Below, one piece after another: positions 51,686-61,653 of a stretch of 64,000 nt of DNA (the stretch's first letter is position 1; each line of letters starts with the position of its first letter). Location: the NCBI RefSeq assembly GCF_014203025.1, contig NZ_JACHID010000010.1, positions 12,688-76,687 of the forward strand, read 5' to 3'. The stretch is from Desulfurispira natronophila. GTDB taxonomy: Bacteria; Chrysiogenota; Chrysiogenetes; Chrysiogenales; Chrysiogenaceae. The notes under the pieces are model-generated. The model saw nothing but the letters and a program-made list of their open reading frames with translations, searched no databases and had not been told where the DNA came from. A program made the translations under genes and the position numbers.

Positions 51686-52036
51686 GGAGCCCTTTCGCAA
51701 AAAATTGTCACCATGTTGATTATTCGGGCTGTCCATAATAGGGCAATTGCCTGCCAAAGTCATCAGCGCAAAGGATGTTTTTTCGGCAGTTCCCGAGCGG
51801 CTATGGGGACGTTTGAATTGGCTATTTTGCCGTTGTTTTGAACCAGACTCAAGTTGTTGTTCCCGGGAGACCAACGATGTGATCGAGGGTTAACTCCCTT
51901 GGGGTCAATGGCTGCGGTGTTAAAGGAAATTTCAGGACAGGAGACTTATAGCTAGAGAGAGGAGTGACGGTTTTTACTGAAGTGCCTGCAAATCTGTGGC
52001 ACAATACCACCTCAATAACATTGACGGAGCAAAACC

Positions 52037-52453
52037 ATGAACCGAATTTTCTGCATGGCACTGGCAATAGTAATACTCGCCTCTACCCACTCTCTTGGGC
52101 GCACCATCAGTGGCTGTCAGGTTGGGCCCGAAAGCTACTGTCCCGGGGTAAACTTTATGGGAGCCAATTTGCGCAGTGTGGATTTCAGCTTTAGTAATCT
52201 TGAGGGCTCACGTATGGAGTCCGCCAATTTGATGATGACCAATTTTACCGGGGCCAATCTGCAAGGGGTGAATTTTCAGTCTGCGGAGTTGCGTCGGGCC
52301 AATTTTACTGATGCCGACCTTCGCAACGCCAATTTTCGCTGGGCTCATAACATAGATACCGCCACTTTTGATGGTGCCGATCTCTCCATGGCCACCTGGA
52401 GCAATGGGCGTCAATGTCAGGATGGCTCGACTGGCACCTGCATATTTCAGTAG
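52037..52453 (+). CDS. Pentapeptide-repeat protein, secreted
   Basis: Signal peptide; tandem A(D/N)LxxANLxxANF pentapeptide repeats. Confidence 0.8.
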   Translation: MNRIFCMALAIVILASTHSLGRTISGCQVGPESYCPGVNFMGANLRSVDFSFSNLEGSRMESANLMMTNFTGANLQGVNFQSAELRRANFTDADLRNANFRWAHNIDTATFDGADLSMATWSNGRQCQDGSTGTCIFQ

Positions 52454-52483
52454 CCTGTCGATAAACGGCATTTCAGCAAGCTG
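52454..52483. repeat. MITE-like repeat fragment, copy G (right-end 30 bp)
   Basis: cctgtcgataaacggcatttcagcaagctg. Confidence 0.55.
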
Positions 52484-52557
52484 CTCGGAGGCCACGGAGG
52501 TACGCTATCGATCTGTCACTGATTCTGCGCACTGTTGGCTCCGGTCTGGGGCTGATA

Positions 52558-53370
52558 GTGCTTGGCTACTTGATGCTGGTGGCGCTGCTCTACTTTCTGC
52601 AGCATCGCTTGGTCTATATTCCCTGGTCAGCCATCAATGCCACGCCCGCCGATGTGGGGCTTCAATACGAGGACGTTTTCCTTGACGCTGCCGATGGGGT
52701 GAAGATTCACGGCTGGATGGTGCCTGCCGCTGATGAGGCGGCGCCGACAGTGCTCTTTTTCCACGGCAATGCGGGCAATATCTCCCACCGCCTTGAGACA
52801 CTGCAGCTTATTCACGAGCTGGGGCTGAGTGTGCTGATCATCGACTATCGCGGATATGGTCGCAGCGAGGGGCGCCCCAGTGAGTCGGGAACCTACCGCG
52901 ATGCTCAGGCGGCCTGGGATTACCTGCAGCAGCAGTCTATACCTCCATCGTCCATTATCCTATGGGGCCGCTCTCTGGGTGGTGCCATAGCCGCTGATCT
53001 GGCTACTCGAACCTCTCCTGGCGCCCTAATTCTGGAGTCTACCTTTACCAGCATCCCTGATCTTGGAGCCACCCTCTATCCCTACCTTCCTGTTCGCTTG
53101 CTCAGTCGTTTTCACTACGATACAAAGGCAAAAATTCCGCATATTTCATCGGCAGTGCTGGTAATTCACAGTCCTGATGATGAGGTGGTTCCCTACGCCC
53201 ATGGCCGGAAGATTTATGATGCACTGCCAGCGGATCAGAGAGCTTTTCTGGAAATTCGGGGCTCTCACAACCGTGGCTTTATGGAGTCACAGGTAGAGTA
53301 CCGGTCCGGTGTGGCACAGTTTATTCTTCAGAATGCGAAAGAGTTCCGTAGTGGTGATGATGGTAACTAG
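52558..53370 (+). CDS. Alpha/beta-fold hydrolase (ABHD13/Bem46-like)
   Basis: N-terminal TM helix; HGNAGN...RGYGRSEG; nucleophile elbow GRSLGG; catalytic D and H near the C-terminus. Confidence 0.8.
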   Translation: MLGYLMLVALLYFLQHRLVYIPWSAINATPADVGLQYEDVFLDAADGVKIHGWMVPAADEAAPTVLFFHGNAGNISHRLETLQLIHELGLSVLIIDYRGYGRSEGRPSESGTYRDAQAAWDYLQQQSIPPSSIILWGRSLGGAIAADLATRTSPGALILESTFTSIPDLGATLYPYLPVRLLSRFHYDTKAKIPHISSAVLVIHSPDDEVVPYAHGRKIYDALPADQRAFLEIRGSHNRGFMESQVEYRSGVAQFILQNAKEFRSGDDGN

Positions 53371-54806
53371 AACGTAGAGAGGCCGCTGGCCTCGGTAAAT
53401 CGGTAAAGCCAGTAGCGGCGCAGGGAGGTATCCTCGTTGGCCTCGTAAGGGAGGCTGAACTGTCCTCCCTGGTTGTGCCACTGGCGCTGGAAAAATGCAG
53501 TTGCCTCTTTTATGACCGTCTGGTGGGACGGTGCCATCAAGCGTACACTGGTCTCCAGGTTAAAGTTATCAAGATTGCTGCGGGTAAAGTTGGCCGATCC
53601 CAGGACCATCTCTGCAGTGCCGTCAGGGTTGCGGCTTAGCAAAAACTTGCTGTGGCATTGCTCCCCACTGGTGGCACACCACCTTATCGGAATGCCCGCT
53701 CGGTGCAGGTCGATGGCAATTTGACGGTTGGGGATGCCGTTTTTGGAGAACCCAAAGGCTTCGTTGTTGGCGTCCAGGAGTACGCGGATGCTGGCCCCCC
53801 GCTGATGCGCCGCAATGGTAGCCTCCAGCAGGGGGCGATGAGCGAAGTAAAAGACGGCTATGTCGATCATCGATCCTTTCTGCGCCTGCTGCATTATCTC
53901 CATTAGGGCCTCACGGATAGCTCCTTCGGTCAGTATCTGCAGGTGAGGGCCCTCGGGCAAAGGTGCTTCGTCAGTTATGGGTGCGGGGGGTTTCCATGCC
54001 TCCTTGCCGCTGAGCTCTGTTACTGCTCGTTCAGTTTCCAGAAGGTCCAGCGCCGCCTGTCCGGTGAAGCGCAGGGCTACGTTACTGTGCCTGCTACTGG
54101 CGTCGTGGGCATTGGCCGAGGTGACCAGTCCCACCCAGTCCTCGCCTGAGTCGGCCACCAGGGTTTTGCGGTGGTTAGCCTTGAAGTTGAGCATGCGCAG
54201 GTAGCTGCGCAAGGTGAGAGGATCGGAGCCGACGGGGTTGGGAAGCCATCCTCCGCGCTGGGAGTTTCCTAGCCACCGACAACAAAGGTTCCACAGGCCT
54301 GTCCACGCCGGGTTTGGAGAGCGAAGGACGCTGAGGTCAGTGATGATCAGCGATACCCCTGTATCCTTCATGGCACGAAAGTGCTTTGGCATCATGCCGC
54401 CATACAAGGTGTTGAGGGGGTCGGTGATAACAATAATATCGATGTCCGGGACCTGCTGGTGTTGACGGATCAAAGCCTGACTCAGTTCTCGGGAGAGGCT
54501 TCGATGGTCCTTGCCGACAGTGCCGGCAAAGTCATTGAAAAGGAACATGTCGATGACGACAAGCTGCTGTGCTTCGCTTATAATGCGCAGCATCTCATCA
54601 AAAATGACATGCTTGCTTTGGAGATTGCCTTGATCATCGCGCCAGGTCATATCTGCCAGGAAGTCTACCTGTTGCACTGCGCGCATCGGGGTTTCTTGCT
54701 TGACACCTGCTGGTAATGGTTTATTGACCTGGTAGACGGCACTGGCAATATAGAGCGTCAATATCACGGCTCCGCTCAGAAGCCACCACCGGCGCTGGCG
54801 TAACAT
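53367..54806 (-). CDS. Phospholipase D-family protein with two HKD motifs (cardiolipin-synthase-like), N-terminal TM helix
   Basis: HRKTLVADSG...VTSANA and HSKFLLSRNPDGTAEMVLGSANFT; start set at MLRQRRWWLL. Confidence 0.8.
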   Translation of the reverse strand: MLRQRRWWLLSGAVILTLYIASAVYQVNKPLPAGVKQETPMRAVQQVDFLADMTWRDDQGNLQSKHVIFDEMLRIISEAQQLVVIDMFLFNDFAGTVGKDHRSLSRELSQALIRQHQQVPDIDIIVITDPLNTLYGGMMPKHFRAMKDTGVSLIITDLSVLRSPNPAWTGLWNLCCRWLGNSQRGGWLPNPVGSDPLTLRSYLRMLNFKANHRKTLVADSGEDWVGLVTSANAHDASSRHSNVALRFTGQAALDLLETERAVTELSGKEAWKPPAPITDEAPLPEGPHLQILTEGAIREALMEIMQQAQKGSMIDIAVFYFAHRPLLEATIAAHQRGASIRVLLDANNEAFGFSKNGIPNRQIAIDLHRAGIPIRWCATSGEQCHSKFLLSRNPDGTAEMVLGSANFTRSNLDNFNLETSVRLMAPSHQTVIKEATAFFQRQWHNQGGQFSLPYEANEDTSLRRYWLYRFTEASGLSTF

Positions 54807-55111
54807 TTGAACGCGACGGATCACACATCCTCCCTTTACTGTTTGAGCCGTCAAGAATACTTTACCGGCCAGCCTACCACAAAAGATGAGTTGGTGCTTG
54901 TGCTGGAGGATGACAGGGGAGGGAAGCAACTCGTGCTAACATATGGGACACTAAAGATGGCTTTATGGACGGAAGATATTGGTGGGGCGTTGTTTGCCAA
55001 GAGCTTTCGCAAAACAATGCCTTGTTTTCCCTCTTCATGAATCGCAAGCAGTTGAAGCTGCTTACGTGGGAAGAGGGCGTTTGTGCGTTATCTACGAGGT
55101 AATTGCAAGGT

Positions 55112-56371
55112 CTATTTAGTGCCGATGTAGTGCTCGACCGTTATACCCCACTTAGCAGGATCCTCTGAGGCTGCTACCGAATCAAATACTTCGTCCCGAT
55201 TGGACAAGTCGATAAGCTCGGGCTTGATATAGCGCTTTTTCTGGGTGCAGAAAATCGTGCGAACAACAGGCTGCAGCAGGTCGCGCTGGCCACCGTCGCG
55301 CTCTGTGGATGACTCCATGACTATCGCCAGCTTGCCACTTTTCAGGCGTACCAAGGTGCCTGGCGGGTAAATGCCAACGCACTGGATAAATTGCTGCACC
55401 AGCTTGGGGCTGAAGTGCTGCTTGCTCCACTCCATCAGGCGACGTAGTACCATGGTGGGTGGTTGACCTTTGTGGTAGCAGCGATCAGAGGTGATGGCAT
55501 CGTATACATCAGCGATGGCAGCCATTTGGGCGTAGGGACTAATCTGGTTGCCCTTGAGCCCCTTGGGGTAGCCTGAGCCATCCCAGCGCTCGTGGTGCTG
55601 GGACGCCACATCTATACAGATGGGGGAAATATCCTGGGTATCGGCGAGGATTTCCCCGCTGTAGCGAGCGTGGTTTTTCATAATAGAAAACTCATCATCG
55701 GTGAGTTTTCCTGGTTTATTGAGTATTTCGTTTGGGATTTTGACTTTGCCAATGTCGTGCAACAAGGCGCCCTGGCCAATGTGGTGAATGGTCTCCATAT
55801 CCAGACCCTGGTTGCGGGCAAAGACCATCATGAGGACGCTGACACTGACGGAGTGCTGGAAGGTGTATTGATCCTGGTTGCGGATTCGCCCCAGGCTGAG
55901 CAGTGCGTTCTGATTGCGAAAAATGGAGTCGGTAAGGCGCTCCACCACCGGTGCGGTCTTTTGGGGATCAACGTTTTTGCCCAACCGCACATCTCGCATG
56001 ATGTTGGTGATGGTTTGGGAAGCTTCGTGGTGAGTGCGGCGGGCCATGCGGATCTCTTCGCGCAGAGGGATGGCGGATGGTGCCTTGCGAATGACAACCT
56101 CCCCGCCGAAGGTCCCGTTGCTGATGGAGACTTTATCCTCCCCGTCGGGAGAGCCTTGTGCCGGCTGGCTGGCAGGCCTCGGGATATCGCGGCCTCGGTT
56201 GGTGTCAATCCAGACTTCTTTTATACCCAAGGTGCGAATTTTAGCCACTGTCATAGAGTTACGCACCATAAATCGGTTGGAAGCAAAGGGGTGATCTTTG
56301 AAGCCGCAATTGAGGTCCGCAATAAACATACCGGGCATAAGCTCGTTTATGGCTATTTTCTTTTTCATCAT
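55112..56371 (-). CDS. HD-GYP domain protein (c-di-GMP phosphodiesterase family)
   Basis: HDIGKVKIP..., HHERWDGSGYPKGL; start at MMKKK with RBS aggaggga. Confidence 0.85.
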   Translation of the reverse strand: MMKKKIAINELMPGMFIADLNCGFKDHPFASNRFMVRNSMTVAKIRTLGIKEVWIDTNRGRDIPRPASQPAQGSPDGEDKVSISNGTFGGEVVIRKAPSAIPLREEIRMARRTHHEASQTITNIMRDVRLGKNVDPQKTAPVVERLTDSIFRNQNALLSLGRIRNQDQYTFQHSVSVSVLMMVFARNQGLDMETIHHIGQGALLHDIGKVKIPNEILNKPGKLTDDEFSIMKNHARYSGEILADTQDISPICIDVASQHHERWDGSGYPKGLKGNQISPYAQMAAIADVYDAITSDRCYHKGQPPTMVLRRLMEWSKQHFSPKLVQQFIQCVGIYPPGTLVRLKSGKLAIVMESSTERDGGQRDLLQPVVRTIFCTQKKRYIKPELIDLSNRDEVFDSVAASEDPAKWGITVEHYIGTK

Positions 56372-56397
56372 GGCTCCCTCCTGGGGCAAGTGAATAG

Positions 56398-57255
56398 CTA
56401 AATGCTTATAGTGAGCAGCAAGGAGTTCAGTGGTGCGTCCAGCGTTCGACTCAGGCTGTGTTTTACCCCTTGGCTGGTGTACTCGTGGTGGCCTTCGCTC
56501 CATTGGCGCAACTGTCGAAGGGCCTCAAAGTACTGTTGGGCACCTTCACCCTGTACTCGGTCGCCAGCTGTCAATGAGCTGCAGCGGTAGGCCGCCTGGG
56601 TTTCCAGAAAAATACCTTTGGGTGCGAAGTCGAGAAAGGCTGTGATCATGGCCAGCAAAGAGCGCCTGAGCTGGTTGCTGCTCAGCTTTAGCTCCTCAGT
56701 TAGCTCAGAGAGGTTGTCAAAAAGCCTGGCCCGCAGTTCCCGACTTTCCAAGTGGCAATAAAGCACCCCCAGGGCGGATTCGCTGAGGTGGTAACGCAGT
56801 TGGAGCAAGTGCTCGCCGTAGGTCTCAAGGTCGCGGCAAAATTGCTCAACTTCGACACTGGGCAGTTGCATGCGCAGAATGTCTCCATGGACTGCCAGGG
56901 CCGGGATGGTATCTTCCAGGTATTTGCTGTGGAGTATGGAGGCTCCGGTCATGGCGACCAGAATCAGATCGCGAATATGCGAGGGGCGACTGCGGAAAGT
57001 TTTAGTCGCTTCATACTGTTGTGCCAACTCCCAGGCTTGCTTGGGAGGGATATAGACTGGAGAGAGCTTTTGTAGAACCTTGCCCGAAGAAAAATCCCGT
57101 GCTGTCCCGGTGACAATACGGACCTGGTGATTGCGAACACGGCGACGCAGGGTCGGTGACAGGGAGCGAATATCCCACATAGGGACCATTTCCCGGCTAA
57201 TAAATGGGGCCTTCTGGTTGTGATTGGTTATGGAGACGTGACTCACGTTTTTCAT
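56398..57255 (-). CDS. hypothetical protein (285 aa), immediately upstream of HD-GYP gene
   Basis: ORF only; helical, Leu-rich; no recognisable motif. Confidence 0.4.
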   Translation of the reverse strand: MKNVSHVSITNHNQKAPFISREMVPMWDIRSLSPTLRRRVRNHQVRIVTGTARDFSSGKVLQKLSPVYIPPKQAWELAQQYEATKTFRSRPSHIRDLILVAMTGASILHSKYLEDTIPALAVHGDILRMQLPSVEVEQFCRDLETYGEHLLQLRYHLSESALGVLYCHLESRELRARLFDNLSELTEELKLSSNQLRRSLLAMITAFLDFAPKGIFLETQAAYRCSSLTAGDRVQGEGAQQYFEALRQLRQWSEGHHEYTSQGVKHSLSRTLDAPLNSLLLTISI

Positions 57256-57656
57256 GTCCAGCCCTTGGAGGTGTTGTGCTGTTATACTGCATAGACGTAA
57301 CTGTTCTCAAGAAACCTTTTGTGGCAGCAACCTGTCTTTGTTGGGGTGCCGCACAGGGAGTGACAACAACATAATGCAGTGTAGCACAAAAAGATCTCAG
57401 TAGAGTCTCACAAAATAAAAATTTTTCTTTTTTTTAAAAAGTGTGCTTTGTGGTGGCTCGATATATTTTTTGAGTGCGGACTAAGCTTGTAGGTTGTGGG
57501 AGGCTCATGTTCCGAGGGCTTGCAGATGCTATTTCCCTTTGCAGGGATGGCGCACAGTGCAGTTGAGTGCTTTGGGAAGTGTTCCTCCCGAAATTCCTTG
57601 ACACTACTCTCAATTGCCCCTAACTAAACAGTAAGTTTAACCAAAGAGGTGTTGTC

Positions 57657-58292
57657 ATGCCAAAGCCTGTGCGCGCCCGCAGCGCAGAAACGATGAACAA
57701 AATACTTGAAGCCGCCGCGGATTTGTTTGCTCGTGACGGCTACGATGGAGCTCGTGTCGATGATATTGCCAAGACCTGTGGCGTCAACAAGGCTAGCATT
57801 TATTACCATTTCCAGGATAAACGTAAGCTTTATGAAACGGTTTTGGTCAATATGCTGAACCGTAATGCAACAGCCATAGAGCAGCAGGTTCGGCAGTGTC
57901 CTGACCCAGAAGGAAAGCTACGAGCTTTTATCCAGGAGTATGCCCGGGTGGTGATTGCCGATCGGCGAGTGGCGATCCTGATGATGTGGGAGGTGGCCAG
58001 TGGTGGGAAAAACCTTCCCATCAGCGTCCTGGAGCAGCTCTCCCGCTTTATAAATCTGGTAGCTGAGGTACTGGGAGCCGGGGAGAAGGAAGGGGCTTTT
58101 CTGCAGTCAAATCCGTATATGACCTACTTGATGATAGTCGGAAGTATTAACTATTATATTGTCGGTGAACCACTGCGAAATGTAGCGGTGCACAATGGTG
58201 TTATAGACAATGACACGGTGCTTTACAATTTGCCGACGGAGGGTATTGCCGACCTCATGAGCGAGACGCTTTTGCGTTGCCTTAAGGTTTAA
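57657..58292 (+). CDS. TetR/AcrR-family transcriptional regulator
   Basis: N-terminal HTH RVDDIAKTCGVNKASIYYHFQDKRKLY. Confidence 0.85.
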   Translation: MPKPVRARSAETMNKILEAAADLFARDGYDGARVDDIAKTCGVNKASIYYHFQDKRKLYETVLVNMLNRNATAIEQQVRQCPDPEGKLRAFIQEYARVVIADRRVAILMMWEVASGGKNLPISVLEQLSRFINLVAEVLGAGEKEGAFLQSNPYMTYLMIVGSINYYIVGEPLRNVAVHNGVIDNDTVLYNLPTEGIADLMSETLLRCLKV

Positions 58293-58444
58293 AATACTAG
58301 ACGTTGCACACTTTTCTTTGTTAAGGTCATGCTTTAAGTGAATGGTTACGGCATTGAAAAGATGCCTCCACTGGCAAAGGAAATTTCTTCACAACTCGGG
58401 TTTGTGCATACTGTAAATAGCCATCAAAAGGCGGTTCTCGTTTT

Positions 58445-58460
58445 TGGCATGCCAAGTGCA
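58445..58460 (+). promoter_or_regulatory. Putative sigma54 (RpoN) promoter upstream of flgB
   Basis: TGGCAT-gccaa-GTGCA versus consensus TGGCAC-N5-TTGCA; about 45 bp upstream of flgB ATG. Confidence 0.45.
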
Positions 58461-58504
58461 TAGTGAAAGGCAGAATCAATCAGAACCTCTGGCAAGGTGA
58501 GAGC

Positions 58505-58930
58505 ATGTTTATCGCAGAGATTTTCGACCGCACCCCCATAAACCTTCTTGGAACCTCTATGACCGTGCGCTCCAAGAATCAGGATATTATCGCCAGCAAT
58601 ATTGCCAATGCCGAGACACCCAACTACAAGGCCAAGGAGTTGGTTTTTGAGGATCAGCTGCGGCAGGCGGTTCTGGGTAAGCGGGAAGACAAGGAAGTCA
58701 TGCCAATGCAGCGCACTCACCAGGCGCACCTGCCCACTGACGAGAGGTCGCCTTTTATGCCGTACATGCAACTGCAGAACAACCAGACTGTGCGCAATGA
58801 TGGCAACGATGTGGAGCTGGAAAAAGAAGTGGGGCGCATGATGGAAAACTCCACCATGTACCAGGTTTCCAGTACCATTGCTTCCAAAAAGATTGAGGGA
58901 CTAAAGAATGCCATCAGGGAGGGTCGCTAA
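58505..58930 (+). CDS. flgB: Flagellar basal-body rod protein FlgB
   Basis: MFIAEIFDRT...SNIANAETPNYKA rod-protein N-terminal motif; RBS aaggtgag. Confidence 0.9.
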   Translation: MFIAEIFDRTPINLLGTSMTVRSKNQDIIASNIANAETPNYKAKELVFEDQLRQAVLGKREDKEVMPMQRTHQAHLPTDERSPFMPYMQLQNNQTVRNDGNDVELEKEVGRMMENSTMYQVSSTIASKKIEGLKNAIREGR

Positions 58931-59386
58931 ATGAGCTTTTTTAACGGACTGGAAATAGCCTCTACTGCCCTGTTTGCGCAACGCCAGCGCATGAACGTGA
59001 TCTCCAGCAATCTGGCCAATGCCCAGACCACGCGCACGGAAGATGGTACCTACTACAAGCGCAAGGACCTTGTGTTTCGGCCCCAGACTATTCACGAAGA
59101 GGCTCGCGGGAAAATTTTTCCCTCTTCTTTTGACGAGGCTTGGAAAAAAAAGATTGAAGGGGTTCAGGTAGAGGCTATAATAGAAGATGATAAGCCTCCC
59201 ATACTCAAATACGATCCCGGTCACCCCGATGCTGACGAGGAAGGTTATGTGGCCTACCCCAACATAAGCATTGTGGAGGAGATGACGGATATGATTACTG
59301 CCAGCCGTGCTTATGAAGCCAATACCGCCATTATCGAGACGATCAAAAAGATGGCCAACGAGGCTGTGGGCCTCGGGAGGGTCTAA
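58931..59386 (+). CDS. flgC: Flagellar basal-body rod protein FlgC
   Basis: SSNLANAQTTRT..., C-terminal ASRAYEANTAIIET; 151 aa. Confidence 0.9.
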   Translation: MSFFNGLEIASTALFAQRQRMNVISSNLANAQTTRTEDGTYYKRKDLVFRPQTIHEEARGKIFPSSFDEAWKKKIEGVQVEAIIEDDKPPILKYDPGHPDADEEGYVAYPNISIVEEMTDMITASRAYEANTAIIETIKKMANEAVGLGRV

Positions 59387-59388
59387 TT

Positions 59389-59712
59389 ATGGCAGACTTC
59401 AATATTAACAATAGCATGCCGCTAATGCTCGACATGACCAAGCCCACTGGCAAGGCGGAGCACACAGAGGGTCCCCAGCCGGGCAAGGACTATCCACAGT
59501 TTTCCGATTTCCTCAAGGACTCTATCCAAGAGGTAAACTCGGCTCAAAAAAATGCGGACCGTGCTATAGAAGAGCTGATAGCAGGCGAGAGTAAGGACAT
59601 TCATACCACCATGATCAAAATGCAGCAGGCCGATGTGTCGTTGCAGATGATGATGCAAGTGCGTAATAAGATCATGGATGCCTACCAGGAGGTCATGCGC
59701 ACTCAGGTGTAG
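59389..59712 (+). CDS. fliE: Flagellar hook-basal body complex protein FliE
   Basis: 107 aa; ...ELIAGESKDIHTTMIKMQQADVSLQMMMQVRNKI... typical FliE C-terminus. Confidence 0.85.
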   Translation: MADFNINNSMPLMLDMTKPTGKAEHTEGPQPGKDYPQFSDFLKDSIQEVNSAQKNADRAIEELIAGESKDIHTTMIKMQQADVSLQMMMQVRNKIMDAYQEVMRTQV

Positions 59713-59754
59713 GCCTCATGATCTGCCAGGGTGATGGGTGAAAATGCTACGCTA

Positions 59755-59788
59755 AGCAACCTCAAAACAATTTGAGGTTGCTTTTTTT
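59755..59788 (+). terminator. Rho-independent terminator after fliE
   Basis: gcaacctcaaa acaa tttgaggttgc (11-bp stem) followed by TTTTTTT. Confidence 0.8.
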
Positions 59789-59976
59789 GTTCAATTCGTT
59801 ATGTAACTCTGTTGAAAACTTTATCCTGTGGTGGTAATTTACGATAACTAGCGGACCCATGAACAGAGCCAGCGCGGCCAGTTTCTAGTCAGTTGTCGAG
59901 CCTGGGAGTTTATCAGGAACGGCACTGATGGGTTTATTCAGCAGTCTGCGAACGCAAAGATTGGAAGCCATCACTC

Positions 59977-61653
59977 ATGAAGTTCTCCATCAAAGAGCTT
60001 ATCGCTCAGGTCAGCCGTCTCCTGCAAAAACTCTCTCGCCCACAACAGATAACACTGGGTCTGGTGCTGGGAGCATCGGTAATTACCATTGTTACGCTTG
60101 TTATTTGGGCCATAGTAGCCAGTCGTCCCGGACATCAGGTGCTTTTTTCCAACCTGGCTATGGAAGATGCCGGTGAGGTAGCAGCCAAGCTTTCGGAAAT
60201 GCAGGTTCCCTACGAACTACAGAATGATGGCCGCACCATTGCCGTTCCCGCCAACGTGGTCCACCAGACCCGTCTCAACCTGGCCCAGGAGGGCTTGCCT
60301 CGAGGAAGCGGCGTGGGCTTTGAGATTTTTGATACGGCTGGCATCGGCATGACCGAGTTTATCCAGAAAGTTAACTTCCGCCGCGCCTTGCAAGGGGAGC
60401 TTGGGCGAACCATAGCAGCAATTGACGGTATTGAAAGCGCCCGTGTTCACATCGCTCTGCCAGAGCGCTCTCTCTTTATTTCCCAGGACCAGATGGCAGA
60501 AGCCAGTGTGGCATTGCGCCTTAGCCCCCACTCCCGCTTGAGTGGTGATCAAGTCAATGGGATTATCCACCTGGTTTCGTCCAGTGTGGAAAATCTTTCC
60601 GCTGATGCTGTGACCGTGGTGGATGAGCAGGGTCGCATTCTCAACGATCTGATTCAGGATACCCCCGACGAGGATACCCTGAATGTCACCCAGCTCGCTT
60701 ATCAGAGCAATCTGGAGCGGAGTCTGCGGCGACAGCTGGACAACCTGCTGGTAAGCGTGTTGGGTCAGGGTAATGCTTACTCAAATATTAGCCTTGAGCT
60801 GGATTTTGATCGGGTAGAAGAGCAGCGTGAGTGGTATGACCCTGACAGCGTTATTCGCAGTGAGCAGCGCATAGAAGAGCTGGAACAAGGGCGTGACGCC
60901 ATGGGAGGCATTCCTGGTGTACGGGCCAATATAGCCGACCAGGAAGATCCGGATGCTGGACTCTCTACGACACGTTCGCGCGAAGTGGAAACCACCAACT
61001 ATGAAATTGGCCGCACTCTTACCAACATCCAACGCAGCCGTGGCCAGATAAAGCGCTTGACGGTGGCGGTGGCGGTCAATGGCAGCTATGTTCAGGAAGA
61101 GGAGGACGGGGTGACACGCACGGTTTATCAGCCCCGTTCTCAGGAAGAGTTGGACAAGATTACAGCACTGGTGCAGAGCGCTATTGGTTATAACGAAAAT
61201 CGGGGTGACCGCGTTGTGGTAACAAACTTGCAGTTTGGAGATCCACCTAAATCTCGTTTCCAGGAGCTGCTAGAAATGCAGGATCTGTGGCAGGAGCTTC
61301 TTAAATACGCCGGTATTGCCCTGTTTTTCCTCTTTGCTTTTATCTTCATCATTCGCCCCATTGTGCGTTGGGTAGTGGATATGACCCGTGATGAGGAAGA
61401 GCTGAAGAAAACCTTTGGTACTGGTCAGAAGAAACCCAAACAGCTGGTACCAACGCAGCTGCCTAAAACTATGGCCGAGCTGGAGTCTGAAATGGAGTCT
61501 CAGATAGATTCCGAAGCCAGTGTCTCTGCCAGTGCTGTGCGCGGCAAAGTTATTCGCAAAAAACTGGAAGAAATAGTCAAAGAAAACCCCAGTGGCGCCG
61601 CTCAGCTTATACGTATCTGGATCAATGACGAAGCCAGCAAAGGGGAGTCCTGA
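59977..61653 (+). CDS. fliF: Flagellar M-ring protein FliF
   Basis: 558 aa; N-terminal TM, MS-ring domains, second TM (YAGIALFFLFAFIFIIRPIV) and acidic C-terminus. Confidence 0.9.
   Translation: MKFSIKELIAQVSRLLQKLSRPQQITLGLVLGASVITIVTLVIWAIVASRPGHQVLFSNLAMEDAGEVAAKLSEMQVPYELQNDGRTIAVPANVVHQTRLNLAQEGLPRGSGVGFEIFDTAGIGMTEFIQKVNFRRALQGELGRTIAAIDGIESARVHIALPERSLFISQDQMAEASVALRLSPHSRLSGDQVNGIIHLVSSSVENLSADAVTVVDEQGRILNDLIQDTPDEDTLNVTQLAYQSNLERSLRRQLDNLLVSVLGQGNAYSNISLELDFDRVEEQREWYDPDSVIRSEQRIEELEQGRDAMGGIPGVRANIADQEDPDAGLSTTRSREVETTNYEIGRTLTNIQRSRGQIKRLTVAVAVNGSYVQEEEDGVTRTVYQPRSQEELDKITALVQSAIGYNENRGDRVVVTNLQFGDPPKSRFQELLEMQDLWQELLKYAGIALFFLFAFIFIIRPIVRWVVDMTRDEEELKKTFGTGQKKPKQLVPTQLPKTMAELESEMESQIDSEASVSASAVRGKVIRKKLEEIVKENPSGAAQLIRIWINDEASKGES

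Noticed and set aside
50486-56401. Antisense ORFs 50486-51841 plus and 55592-56401 plus, opposite the ABC exporter and HD-GYP genes
   Set aside because: Shadow ORFs. The opposite strands carry Walker/ABC-signature and HD-GYP motifs respectively.
59790-59976. Sigma54 promoter ahead of fliF
   Set aside because: Best candidate (GGCAC-N5-GGTTT) misses the -12 TTGC element. Not reported as a feature.
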